A stretch of DNA of 64,000 nucleotides from Octopus vulgaris (GCA_951406725.2 OX597820.1:47430001-47494000), one strand, 5' to 3'. Counted from the first letter of the stretch, positions 26,445 through 39,381 are shown. Numbers and translations are program-made. Notes: a model not told the origin generated them from the sequence alone.

Positions 26445-27559
26445 GTTGCATGAATGACATGTCATTGACAACAGTGTGACACCAGCGGGTCAAATCTTGG
26501 TTAAGAAAGCGCTGCCAATGTCGACATATACTTGGTTGTGAGCCAAGGGCAGTTGAGAGAAACAACAATTGGTTTATGGCCAACATAGACTCGGTGGAGA
26601 GAAGGTCGTGGTGTTGATGTTGATGTTGACGGTAGTGGTGGTGGTGGTGGTGGGTGCTGATGCTGGTGGCGGTAACGTTGGTGGTAGTGGTGGTGAAGGT
26701 AGTAAGCGTCATAACGGTTGGTGATTATCGTAGTGAGTGTGGTGTTGGCAATAATGATGTCGGCGGTTGAGGAGTTGGTGATTGTGATGATGGTGGTAGC
26801 GGTGGTGGTATAAATGGTGGTGGTAGGAGGAGTGATAGTAGTGATTGCAGTGTTAGCGGTGGTAGTGATGATATTGATGGTGTTGGTGATTATAACAGTG
26901 TTAGTGGTGCACAGCGATAGTTACTTTTGTTTGGCCCAAGACCATCCCTGATCGGAGAGTTCTATACCTCACGTATTCCGGCCGTGACCAACATGTTTTT
27001 TTTTTGTACGTCAAGCAATTATTACATTGGCTAAAGTTTCCTCTCATTTTAAAGACGGTAGGGTACGATCCGAAGGATTATGATTTCTATTTCTAGCAAA
27101 TCGATTGACCGCATAGAGCCTCCATCGTTAGGGTGTTGATAGAGGAAAATACTTGTCAAGATGGTAGGGGTGCTAGCGGAAATGAGGGTTTTGGTGAGAT
27201 AGCGGTGGTAGTGTTGATGCGGTAGAGAAGTGGTGGTGTTGGCGGTACAACAATTTCTTCATCTTCAGAGATAATCAACAAAAGCATTTAGGATGATAGC
27301 GCCATCTCTTTATATGTCTGCGCGGGTGTTTGTACGCTTGTGTGTGTGTGTGTGTGTGTTTGTATGTGCGATTCCAGTCTGTGGGCGTCTTGTGTTGTTG
27401 GCGACAAAAATATACACATTTATGTATACAGACACGCACATATCTGCATATTGCATACATACATATGTGAGCGTGTGTGTATGTGTGTGTAAATGCACAC
27501 ACACACATATATATACTTACATATAAGAGAACAAAATGTACGTACGTCGCTATATATAT

Positions 27560-27604
27560 ATATGCATCCCTACCCACATACATACACGCACACATACTTA
27601 CACA

Positions 27605-27643
<39 letters not shown>

Positions 27644-28610
27644 CCACACACACACACACACATACATGCACACACATACATACTTAAGACATACACACAC
27701 ATAGACATACACCCATACACTCACACTCACACGCATACACACACACATATACACGCACACGCACACATACACACATACACACACCTACATACATACATTA
27801 CACTTGTACACACACACACTTACATTCATACATACACACACCTACACAGCCATACCTTCACTCATACATACACACATACCTACATACACACACAAACACA
27901 CACAGACACACACCCATACATACATACACCTATACACACACGCCTACACACATACATACACACATACATAAACACACACACATACACATACGCACACACA
28001 CATATACTTACACACACGCACACACACACACACACATACATACATACATACATACACCCATACACACACACACACACATACTTACATACTCCTATACGCA
28101 CATACATATATACTTACACACATGCACACACACACATACATACGCACATGCATGCATGCATACACACGCGCACACCTACACGCATGTACGCATATATGCA
28201 CACACACACACACACGCACGTACACATACATACATACACACACACATACATACACCCATACACATACATACATCCTGTACACACAGACATACACACTCAC
28301 ACATACATACACACACACACACACTTACTCACACACTCGCATGCACGCGCACACACATGCACATACACACACTTACACACATACACACGTACATACATAC
28401 ACACTAACACATACACACACATACACACGGACATACACCTATACACACACATACACACACACATACTTACATACATTCAATCGGACACACTGACACCCAG
28501 ACATACACACAGACACACTCACACATCCACACACTCACATACTTACACACACACTCGCAGGCGTGCGCACATACATGCATGTGCGCGTTCGCGCACGCAT
28601 ACACGCATGC
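27560..28610. repeat. Degenerate (CA/TACA)-rich low-complexity tract
   Basis: Direct reading; source of the 481-aa His/Thr ORF. Confidence 0.85.
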
Positions 28611-28614
28611 ATGC

Positions 28615-29415
28615 ACCACGCCCGTGGGTTCCGACTAGATCTCTTGTTCGTATCTGGGGCCGGCGCGTTTCTTGGGTTCTCTTACGCCTGTCACCGCGGG
28701 AGCACTTTTTCATCTTTCCCTCAGTTGCAGTTTGTTTCCTTAATACCCCCACTTTTAGTACACACACGCACACACATACATACACCCACTCCCACGCACT
28801 CACACACACATTTGCATATATATATATACATTACACTTACACACACTTCAAATTTAATTGCCATACATACAACTACGCACACTGGACACACACACACTAC
28901 TCTCAACACGCACACGACACGCACATACGCCCCCAGCCATTTCCTCCCTCCTCCTTTTTACCACTGACCACTGATTTGTGACTGCTATGTCAACTACCTT
29001 TCGCCCTACGTACACACACTTACATACATACGCACGCACTAACATATACATATATTTTTTTATCTCGCCTTACACACACATACACACACGCACACGTACA
29101 CATACATACACATTGTTCTTCCCATTCATCGAGTGTTACCAACCTTCCTTTTTTCGCTCTTTTGTCTTTAAAAACCAGCATCTGTTATCCAAAACTTCCG
29201 GCCTTTCATCATGTTTACTTCGTAAAAACCAGTCGCGTTTTTTTTCCCTCTGTTCGCCCACCTCGGGATCTTTCTTTCTTCCTTCTCTTATGTTTCCGAC
29301 GAAGAGCTCCGCTCGAAACATCATACCCTCCTTCTTCCCTCTTTCCTGAGCGCCTAATAATAATACTTTAATTGTTCCACGTGTTGTTGTTTTTTCTGTT
29401 TTCCCGTTTGGATTA

Positions 29416-29420
<5 letters not shown>
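28615..29420 (+). mobile_element. Decayed PLE 3' end with HHR-like terminus
   Basis: REHFFIF...LNTPTF resembles the GIY-YIG C-terminal RExxxIxxL...GLN; CCGACGA-A-GAGC-UCC-GCUC-GAAAC at 29296-29319; ends in (TA)n; same terminus at 38733-38835. Confidence 0.5.
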
Positions 29421-29459
<39 letters not shown>

Positions 29460-29830
29460 CATATCAAAGGGAAATGGAATTTAATTAAAATTAAAAACAT
29501 TCAATCAAAATTTACATTTCCAGTGTCTCTACGCGTAAAAAATTTTTAGTCAAAAAGATTATATATTAGTCATACGATATAGTGTATATTTAGACACATA
29601 GAGAATCCACTAATAGGTATTCTACACGCTAGAAAGAACAACTAAGTTCTATGACCACAAAAAATTCGGGATAAAATTCGACAGGAATAAATTTGGAAAT
29701 GAAAAACATTTACCATCTCTTTCTGTTGAAACTTGGTACTTATTCTATCGGTCTCTTCTTCCAGACCGTTAATTTATAGAGACATAAAAAAAACCCATAA
29801 TGGTTGTTAAGCAGTGAGAAGACAAACACA

Positions 29831-30566
29831 AGATCTTTTCTGCTTGGGTTCCAATTTTCAATCTCTTCAATTTCTGTTCGAATTGATTTCATATTCGGTG
29901 TAATGATGTAGTTTTATATGCTAATCAATGCCATGAAATTTATTTTCACCATAAACCAATAAATAAAGTTATTAGCTTTTAAAGTTTTCAAATTTTGAGT
30001 AATTTTAGGCAATCGTAAGCCACATTCATGCCTGTTTCCATAGTAGCAAACCAAACATGAACATTCTTTTGCATGCGTGATAGCACGTGTTGACAAATAT
30101 ATTCTACGCGAAAGCATGTGCATCGACGTTGTGTTCTGTTGCTTGTGCCCATCTGCTGTTTGCACTCAGGTCAAGAGATGTGCTAAAAATAACAACCAAA
30201 TAGGACAATTAGGAATTTTTTTTAGAGGTTTTTGCATAATGGTACGAATTCCCGACTGTAGAATACAAATTTTCTGAAAATTCCAAAAAAGAAAAGAAAA
30301 GTTATGAGACGTTATATGCCGTGCATAAAGCAGAAGCTGATTTATTTTCTGTTTCACACACAAAATGATAGCTTCCAAATCCTGTTTTCTGACTGGGTGA
30401 AAATTATCAAATTTTAAACCTCCATAACGTTAAAAAAATTTTTTCTGGCAAAAGTGAAATATCTCCTTGATATTCAGCTTGGAAAACAACATTAATACAT
30501 TAAAGAAATTTAAAATTTTCAGTAAACTTCGAAATTTTCACAGCTGCAGCCAAACAGAAAAGATCC
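29831..30566. mobile_element. Non-autonomous DNA transposon nested in a SINE family C copy
   Basis: TIR gatcttttctgcttgg / ccaaacagaaaagatc; SINE halves at 29730-29830 and 30570-30685. Confidence 0.7.
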
Positions 30567-30567
30567 C

Positions 30568-30599
<32 letters not shown>

Positions 30600-30894
30600 G
30601 ACCGGCTTCTTGCAGTGTCTGTCTGCGAAATCCACTGACAAGTCTTTTGTTCACCTAGGGCTATAGCAGAAGACACTTGACCACATGGAAAATAACAGAT
30701 TTCAGTTTTGTTCTGTATTGTAAAACTATAGCTGGAGCAAGGCCCTGGAGGGGTAATTAATAGATGTTATTGCCAAGAATTTCTGTCAGACGAATCCAAG
30801 AATCTAAAGACAAAATCTTCAATGATGCTTTGAGCTAATTATAAATTTGTGTATTTTCTGTGCTTCTATATAATTAATTACGAGTGAATATCTA

Positions 30895-31460
30895 TTGGGT
30901 TGTCCGGAAAGTTCGTGCCGATTTTTAAAGGAAAGAAAAAGGTCAATAAATACTTGCCATTACATTTTTAATCAACCAAATATGAACCATTTTGTTGCAC
31001 AATGCGTCCCCATCTTTCCTTTAACTTGAAAATACCCTCTTCCCAGAAGTGAGGTGGTTTCATGTCAAAGAATTCATCAAGGTATCTTTTTACGTCATCC
31101 AAGGAATTGAAATTTTTACCATTAAAACTATTCTGCAGAGACCTGAATAAGTGGAAATCCGAAGGAGCAATATCTGGTGTATATGGAGGGTGGGGTAACA
31201 CATCCCAGCCGAGATGCAGCAATTTTTGTCTAGTTCCCAAAGCATCAAGTGCCGAAAATGAACTTTCTTATCTTCCATTTTAAAGGGTTACAGAATTAAC
31301 ACAGGTTATAGGAACATAAAGCTTCTCCCACGAAAAGATAGCTTAAACTGTGCTCTATATGGAGGTGTAGTCAAATCCTATTTTATGGACTCAGCCATGT
31401 TCTAAAATAAGTCGAAAGATAAGCTACCATAAACCGGCACGAACTTTGCGGACAGCCCAA
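30895..31460 (-). mobile_element. Internally deleted DD34D-type mariner
   Basis: ~30-bp TIRs ttgggttgtccggaaagttcgtgccg / cggcacgaactttgcggacagcccaa, TA TSD; N-terminus MEDKKVHFRHLML joined to LGWDVLPHPPYTPDIAPSDFHLFRSL...NGSY. Confidence 0.92.
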
Positions 31461-31718
31461 TATATTGAATGCGTGTACTTGCGCGAACACATGCGTGACT
31501 AGGGTGACGCATAAATGATGACATACTACGTGCGTGCATACACACACACGCACGCATACACACGCGTTCACACATACATGACTTTGTGTGTGCTTATGTA
31601 TTACAGCCTTAAAGAATGTGCGTGTTATGGCTATATATTGTGCTGTATTAGTGTAACTATGTCAGTGAGTTTGAAAAGGTTATGTTATGTTGTTTATCAA
31701 TTGATTTATTATTTACAG

Positions 31719-32098
31719 TGGAGGCGCAATGGCCCAATGGTTAGGGCAGCGGACTCGCGGTCATAGGATCGCGGTTTCGATTCCCAGACCGGGCGTTGTG
31801 AGTGTTTATTGAGCGAAAACGCCTAAAGCTCCACGAGGCTCTGGCAGGGGATGGTGGTGATCCCTGCTGTACTCTTTCACCACAACTTTCTCTCACTCTT
31901 ACTTCCTGTTTCTGTTGTACCTGTATTTCAAAGGCCTTGTCACTCTCTGTGTCACGCTGAATATCCCCGAGAACTACGTTAAGGGTACACGTGTCTGTGG
32001 AGTGCTCAGCCACTTACACGTTAATTTCACGAGCAGGCTGTTCCGTTGATTCGGATCAACCGGAACCCTCATCGTCGTAACCGACGGAGTGCTTCCAA
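31719..32098 (+). mobile_element. tRNA-Arg-like SINE (OR-type), full length
   Basis: tRNA-like head with A and B boxes; tail ...gtcgtaaccgacggagtgcttcca. Confidence 0.88.
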
Positions 32099-32166
32099 TT
32101 ATTTACATGTTAATACTGTGTAGACAAGTTACTATGTACAGGCACATAACATGCTTATTGTACTTG

Positions 32167-32351
32167 TTGTAGCACGCTGACCGACAATGCTTAGCGGTTG
32201 TTCGCCTGTCTTTACGTTCTGAGTTCAAATTCTGACGAGGTCGACTTTGCCTTTCATCCTTTCAGGGTCGATGAATTAAGTACCAGTTGCGTACTGGGGT
32301 CGATCTAATTCCCCCAAAATTTCGGGCCTTGTGCCTAGAGTAGAAAAGATT
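32167..32351 (+). mobile_element. SINE family M
   Basis: Core plus tail gcctagagtagaaaagatt. Confidence 0.85.
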
Positions 32352-32432
32352 ATACTTGTAGAAGTTAAGGTTTATTGAAGCAATCAGTTTCAATATCTAT
32401 CTATCTATCCATCATCTATCTATCTATCCATC

Positions 32433-32463
<31 letters not shown>

Positions 32464-32640
32464 GATACACATAAATTAACATACACGCACACATATATAT
32501 ATGTATGTCTATATACATATTTTTTTATTTATACTCACACATACACACAAAGAAAATTGACAGATAATAAAACTTCCATAGATTGGAAAATATCCCATCT
32601 TTGGAAAGAAGCTTAAAAAGATATATGGTTTACACACACG

Positions 32641-32688
<48 letters not shown>

Positions 32689-32889
32689 TATGTACGAGAA
32701 TGACAAAATATTAATTCATAAAGACAGATAAATTAAAACAAATCGCCTAGAAATTATTATCAAAGACTGCCAGGGGAAAAAAATATTTATAAAGCGTTGT
32801 AGCAATTCTTGTGAAAGACAAGTAATTCCAAGAAACAAAAAAGAAAAAGAAGAAAAGAGCATCATAATACGACTTATATATTCATGTGT

Positions 32890-33385
32890 AGGCATGGCTG
32901 TGAGGTTACGAAGCTTGCTTTGCAGACACATGCTTTCAGGTTCAGCCTCTTGGACAAGTAGCTTCATCTAAAATAGTCCCAGGCCGACTATTGCCTCGTG
33001 AACAAATTTGGTAGATGGAAACTGTATGGGAGCTCGTTGCATACATACACACATACCTACCTACTTACACACACACACACACACATTTATATACTAGCAG
33101 AGATACCCGGCCTTGCTTAGGATTAAAATGGCATAGATTTTTTTTATTGTTTTACTTGTTTCAGTCATGTGACTGCTGCCATACTGGAGCACCGCCTTTG
33201 GTCGAAAAAATCGACCACAGCATTTATTCTTTGTAAGCCTAGTACTTATTTTATCAGTGTCTTTTGTCGAACTGCTAAGTTATGGGAACGTAAACACAGC
33301 AACATCGGTTGTCAAGCAATTGTGGAGGTACAAACACAGACACACATACACACAAATATACACATATATACGGCAGTCTTCTTTC
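32890..33385. mobile_element. Two partial SINE family C copies in opposite orientation
   Basis: Plus-strand head 32890-33050; minus-strand 3' half 33145-33385. Confidence 0.65.
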
Positions 33386-33573
33386 TCCACACATATACAT
33401 GCATATATACATATATATATATTCATACACATTTATATATACATATAATATATACGCATATATACATACATATATGTACATATACATACATATACATATA
33501 TATACATACATATATGTACATATATATATACATATATATAGACACATAAATATACATACATGAATATATATGT

Positions 33574-33630
<57 letters not shown>

Positions 33631-33631
<1 letters not shown>

Positions 33632-35312
33632 CATCAAATAGGAGATTAGATCTTCTGAAAAAAAGAATAAATAAATTTTTAAAAAGTTTCGGCCTATCCA
33701 TTATCATTGAAAGTGAAAATTATTCTGCTAATTATTTAGATGTTAATTGTAACATTACTAATGGTTTACATGAACCCTATATTAAACCTAATTCTAACCT
33801 AATATATATTAACCGTTCAAGTAATCACCCCCTCAAATTAAAAATGCACTAGTGCGTAGCATTAGTCAGAGAATTTCTAGTTTATCCTCTAACGAGGAAA
33901 TTTTTAACAAGCATTGTGATAGATACAATGCAGCATTGCTTAAGGCAGGATACAAAAGTAAGATATGGTTTATACCTAAGGGGAACCCTCCTAATGGAGG
34001 TAGAACTATCAGGAACAACACCAATAGATTTAGGATAAACAACAATATACATAAGAATAGTAAAAATAGAATATATGATAACACCTATAATAAATGTAGA
34101 AGTGATGTTAACCTCGGAAAGGTGAACGGTAGCTCAAATAGATCTGAGCTTACGGGTAATAGTAGTAATATTAATAATAATATACAAGTTAAAACTTATG
34201 GTAGACATGGTAATGGTAAAGTATACTTGCGCAATAACCATGGGAATATTGATATAGATAGATATAACAATGACAGTGGTAAGAATAGTAATCCTATGGG
34301 TTGGTCTAGGAATAGGATTTTTACAAATAACAATAATTCTATAGGCAATCCTAATTCTGATAAGGATACATTATGGTTGATTATCCCATATGCAATGCAG
34401 ATTAAAACAAACATAGTGAGAGCTTTGCATAATGTTATATTTAGGCATTTTGGTAAGGATAAGAATAAATTTAGTCCTTTAATTAACAACGGTACTGTTA
34501 GAGTGGGATATAGCATTACTCATAATCTAGCCACCATTATCTCCTCTTTTAATAACAGGAAACTGGATCACTTCTATAAGGATAGAAAATTGAATTTAGA
34601 CCAGGGAAATTTGCCCCTCTTTAATAATAATAGGAACAGAAACTTTCTTGGAACGAATGTGAACAACCCCCTTACTAATAATGAGTGCACCGTACCTGTC
34701 AGAGATAATATAAATGTAATAGATCATACTACTACTACCATTACTAGTACTAGTGATAGGAATATAGCCGATAATGTGAAATTAACTCATTCGTTGATTT
34801 TGGGTTTGGATGATAACAATTGTAACACTTATAATGTGAATGGTAGTATAGGGGTGGAGACCAATCTTAGATTTCCTCATTCTGTTAATCTTTGTAATTT
34901 CAGAAACAAAAATAAATGTGTATTTGGTAATCAATGCCTCAGGAAGGAGGTAGTTTACCAATGCACTGTAGATACACAATTGAGTAGTAGGGTGTATATC
35001 GGGGCAACTATGAATAGCATAAAACAAAGATTGAATTATCACAGATATACTTTTAGAAATAAAAATAGAATGTACTCTACAGGGCTCAGTGCATATATTT
35101 GGGAACTTAAAAGTAAGAACTTGGATTTTAGATTAAACTGGAAAATACTAACTTCAGCACCTGTGTATAATGGAAAAAATAAAAAATGCTCTCTATGTAT
35201 TAATGAAATTTTTTTCATTATTAAAGCGGGTCGGCAAATTATTAACAACATTAATGAAAAAAACTTCTTTTGCATTCATAGGCTACCGTTCACCTTTTCT
35301 AGATTCAAATAG
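33631..35312 (+). pseudogene. PLE ORF remnant: RT thumb, Cys-rich linker and GIY-YIG endonuclease
   Basis: NYLDVNCNITNGLHEPYIKPNSNLIYINRSSNHP (frameshift near 33830) RSISQRISSLSSNEEIF...CNFRNKNKCVFGNQC...VVYQCTV..RVYIGAT..KQRLNYH...CSLCINE..CIH. Confidence 0.9.
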
Positions 35313-37006
35313 AACTTAGCACTTCCACTATTATTAATTTTTTAACTCCCTTCTTTAACTAACTATACCTGTGGTCTTCTATAATTCTAAAGTATACAAC
35401 TTATAAATTTATAATTTTATAATTTTTATAGCTACATTTGTATAATAATAATAGATGTGTCTAGTATTATTTGTTTCTTGTTTTTGTATGTGGGTTTTTG
35501 TTTGTTTTTTTAAGGTAAATGTAATATGACAGGAAATAACATATTCATTTTGGTATTTGCCTTGTAATATGTGATTTTTGAAGTTTTCTAATATTGCATA
35601 GTATATTGCATAGTATATATGTATATCTTGGTTAGATACCTAGCTCTAGATAATGTAATGTTATTGTATAATATGTAATATAGGAGAGCCTTTTATGAGT
35701 TTGGTGTGTTTAGGTTGAGAATATAGGTTTTTTGTATGTGTTTATTTGGAAGGTTTTTATTGTATATTTGGTCTTTCTTTGTACTCACCTTAATTTGTAT
35801 CTTATGCTATTTACTAATAAACCTTTTTCATTTTTTCATTTTTTTCATTTTTTCATTTACATACATTTGGCTTTATAAATATTACCAGCCTTATATATTT
35901 AGTTTATATCTATAGTCCTCTGGATCTGTACTTTAAATTATCCTTCCATACATATTTACCTTCAACAATATAACATATATATTCACTTTATTTATTTTTT
36001 ATTTTATTGTATTGTTATCAATCTCTGCATTTAGTCTTCTAATTATTTATTTATTTGCCTATTTAAGTGTGGATGTTTACATACATATCAAGTCATCTAA
36101 TTTGTTATCTATTTATTTTTTACTTATTTACTTATACTAGGGTAGTTTTATACATACATATCTATCATTTATTTTTATTTAAATTTTAATAATATATGTA
36201 TACATATATACTGGTTTGTACTTATAATATGTGTATAACCGTATTTATTCCTTCGTGTTTATTCCTTCTTATTTATTTTATCGCATTTTATCTTAAGTAT
36301 TTATAATATAAATTTTTAAAAATTTCTGTGATGTTCTCATAAGCGTTTACATTAGTACTTCCCCTTCTATTTTTTAATACTTAAACTGGTATATTATGGC
36401 ATTAAATTTATTAAGTAAATATGTGATTTATTTATAATATATAAATTAATATATATTTTATATTTTTTATTTTATATTTTAGCGTACTTGGAATCATAAC
36501 AAACTTACGATAAATCTAACAACCGTATGTTTACTATGCAACAAACCGGTGTTATAAATTTTAAGTTACCCATGAAATAATTATCTGACTTAGTAACATA
36601 CTGATATTTAAAAATATATTTATATCTAAATTAAATATTTTATGAAAGGCATGGATGGTTCTTTTTCGTTATTTGAGGCACAGTTATAATTTTGAAGGAC
36701 TAAATGGTAGCATAGTTGCTTCCCTTTTTGTTTATCTATGTGCTAGTTGTTGCTTGTGATTATTTATGCGTATAAGTGTATGTATATACATATAACTATG
36801 TGTGTATGTGCGATTGATCTGTAGATGCGTGTGTGAATATTGGCGTTCCTTGACTAACCAACCGTATAATTTTCTTTTGTGATTTAAATTTCAAACCAAT
36901 AGCCAATCGAATTAATCTAAATTTTCTTTACCTAGTGGTCAGCATTTCTAAACTCATAGTTATTTCGTTCTTGAAAGGATGGACTTTGTGCAAACTTAAC
37001 TGTATC

Positions 37007-37064
<58 letters not shown>

Positions 37065-37400
37065 ATTAATAGTAATTTTTATTAACTTTTATAGCTTTAG
37101 AATTTTATGAACTGAACCATGGTTTTAATTATTATTTTTCATCTCCCTATGTGTTAGGTTTTTTTAAAAAAAAATATTAGCCAAATATGTATAATATCGG
37201 TACTTATTAATATTAATATATACACTGATATATATTTTGTTTTATTTTGTTCTGTTTACCTTCCTTTATTGTACCAATGTGTATTATATTATATAAGTGT
37301 AGCATTATGATGTATAAGTTTTTATATTTTACATTTTTATATTTTTATATTTATATGTATATGATTATATAATATTTTTCACAATTATAACAAATTTAAT

Positions 37401-37526
37401 TTAATTCTCTGAAGAGGCCGTGGGGCATCCTTGTTAATGCCTCATTTATACCTGCCTTTATGGCTTATAGGTTAAATGAGGTATGACTGCCCTCACTGCC
37501 GAAACAGCTGTCAGTTTTGATTAATT
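37401..37526 (+). ncRNA. Type I hammerhead ribozyme with long stem II
   Basis: CUGAAGA (37409-37415), GGC...GCC closing an ~85-nt hairpin, GAAA-CAGCUG-UC with palindromic stem III; stem I only partly paired. Confidence 0.75.
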
Positions 37527-37704
37527 GCATATTATATTTGAAATTTTTTACTTATATCTCTTTATCTTTTTACTATTAATGTATATCTCTTTTTGTATAA
37601 TGCCTCTACTCATATGTAATGGTGTATTAAAGTATTGATTGGGTATCATCGGATAGTTGATGTTTTATTGATTTAAGTATGTTTCTCCATTCTCTAATTT
37701 TGTA

Positions 37705-37759
<55 letters not shown>

Positions 37760-37832
37760 GTGAGTGTGTTTTATACTTGGTAGGACGGTGTGTGTATATG
37801 TGTGCACGTTTGTGTGTGTGTATGTGTGTGAT

Positions 37833-38696
37833 TAGTATTTGAAAAATGAAGTCTTCTTTTGCAATGAACTTATACATTAGCCAGTTCTGAAGTATTTGCA
37901 GATAAACATCGCCGGTCACATTTCCTTCAAAGACAAACGGGCCATGAAGATGCTTCTTGGAGATGGTGCAGAATACATTCACTTTTGGTGAGTCCCTCTC
38001 ATGCTCAACTGTGGCATGGGGATTTCGTCGCCCCAAATGCGAACATTATACTAATTGACTTTGAAATTCGTATGAAAAGTGGCCTCATCAATGAAAAGAA
38101 GACATTCTTTGAACTCGGCTTCTTCAAGTTTCTCTTGCATATCAACACAGAATTGTTTGCGCTTTCGCTTGTCATCTGCTGATGTGGCCTGAACGTTCTG
38201 CAGCCTGTAGGGTTTCATTAGCAAGCGTTTCCTCAGGATGTGCCAAGCTGTCGTTGGGAGAATCTGGGTTTCCAGACTTGTTCTTCCTATGGACTTCTTG
38301 GGGCTCAACAAGAGATTTTGGCGAACCTGCTCAACCGTCTCTTCTGATGTTAGTGGTCGTCCAGCTCCTTTTGCTTTGCACAGACAGCCTTCCTCTTTGA
38401 ATTTTTTGAGCCATGTCCAAATCTGCATCTCCGTTGGCGACTTTTTTTGAGAACTCTCTCACAAATGCACGCTGCACAGTCTTGTTCGACTGTGTCCAAG
38501 CATACTCCAACACACAAGACACCCTTTCCTCTTCCAGTGAATGCCATTTCTATACCTGAAAAGATAAACATATCAAACATTAAACTTTAAAATGTTACTT
38601 GTTTCTACACATGCTGTTAAAATTTGAAGCCATTTGAACAAGAACTGGCAAAGTTATTAGATTACAAAACGCTATAGAATTTTTTGAAACACCCTA
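37833..38696 (-). mobile_element. Tc1/mariner transposase pseudogene (rosa/DD41D-like), 3'-truncated
   Basis: HTH WLKKFKEEG...GRP, FIDEATFH, IWGRRNPH...RDSPKVNVFC..GPFVFEGNVTGDVYLQIL, with stop and frameshifts; TIR agggtgtttcaaaa next to TA. Confidence 0.85.
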
Positions 38697-38732
38697 TATA
38701 TATATTAAAGATTAATATATATATATATATAT

Positions 38733-38835
38733 AAAATCTTTTTTCTTCCCTTCTTTCCTGAGCGTCCAATAATACTTTATTTGTTCCACCTCCTTGCGTT
38801 GTCGTCTTTTTGTTTTCTTGTTTGGATTAACTTTA
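38733..38835 (+). mobile_element. PLE terminal fragment in (TA)n
   Basis: Matches 29330-29420 (ctttcctgagcg...tttggattaac). Confidence 0.65.
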
Positions 38836-38923
38836 TATATATATATATATATTAATCTTTAATATATATATATAGGGTGTTTCAAAAAATTTGATATCGT
38901 TTTGTAATATATATATATTAAAG

Positions 38924-38970
<47 letters not shown>

Positions 38971-38986
38971 GATTATATATATATAT

Positions 38987-39381
38987 AATCTTTTCTACTC
39001 TAGGCACAAGGACCGAAATTTTTGGGGAGTGTAGCCAGTCAATTAGATCGGCCCCAGTACGCAACTAGTTCTTAATTTATCGACTCTGAAAGGATAAAAG
39101 GCAAAGTCGACCTCGGCGGAATTTCAACTCAGAACGTAAAAGCAGACGAAATACCTATTTCTTTACTACCAACAAGGAGCTAAACACAGAGAAGACAAAC
39201 AAGGACAGACAAACGGATTAAGTCGATTATATCGACCCCAGTGCGTAACTGGTACTTATTTAATCACCCCCGAAAGGATGAAAGGCAAAGTCGACCCCGG
39301 CGCAACTCGAACTCAGAGGCAGACGAAACACCGCAAAGCATTTCGCCCGGCGTGCTACCGTTCCTGCCATCTCACTGCCTT
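38987..39381 (-). mobile_element. SINE family M dimer
   Basis: Two bodies joined at gacgaaatac|ctatttctttac (39154/39155). Confidence 0.85.

Larger units (their letters stand above)
33629..37705 (+). mobile_element. 5'-truncated Penelope-like retroelement (Naiad-type) in (TA)n
   Basis: RT C-terminus plus GIY-YIG ORF, 2.4-kb AT-rich 3' UTR with hammerhead near its end, (TA)n on both flanks. Confidence 0.88.

Noticed and set aside
27536-28981. 481-aa His/Thr-rich ORF
   Set aside because: Translation of degenerate CA repeats that cannot easily form stops; no domain.
31719-31795. tRNA-Arg gene
   Set aside because: Continues into a SINE body and has no proper acceptor stem.
33091-33125. Helitron-like terminus actagcagagatacccggc
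   Set aside because: Only ~30 bp with no matching other end.
34900-37526. Selenocysteine recoding or SECIS, as reported for some Naiads
   Set aside because: No in-frame TGA in the retained ORF; the UTR hairpin is explained as HHR stem II.
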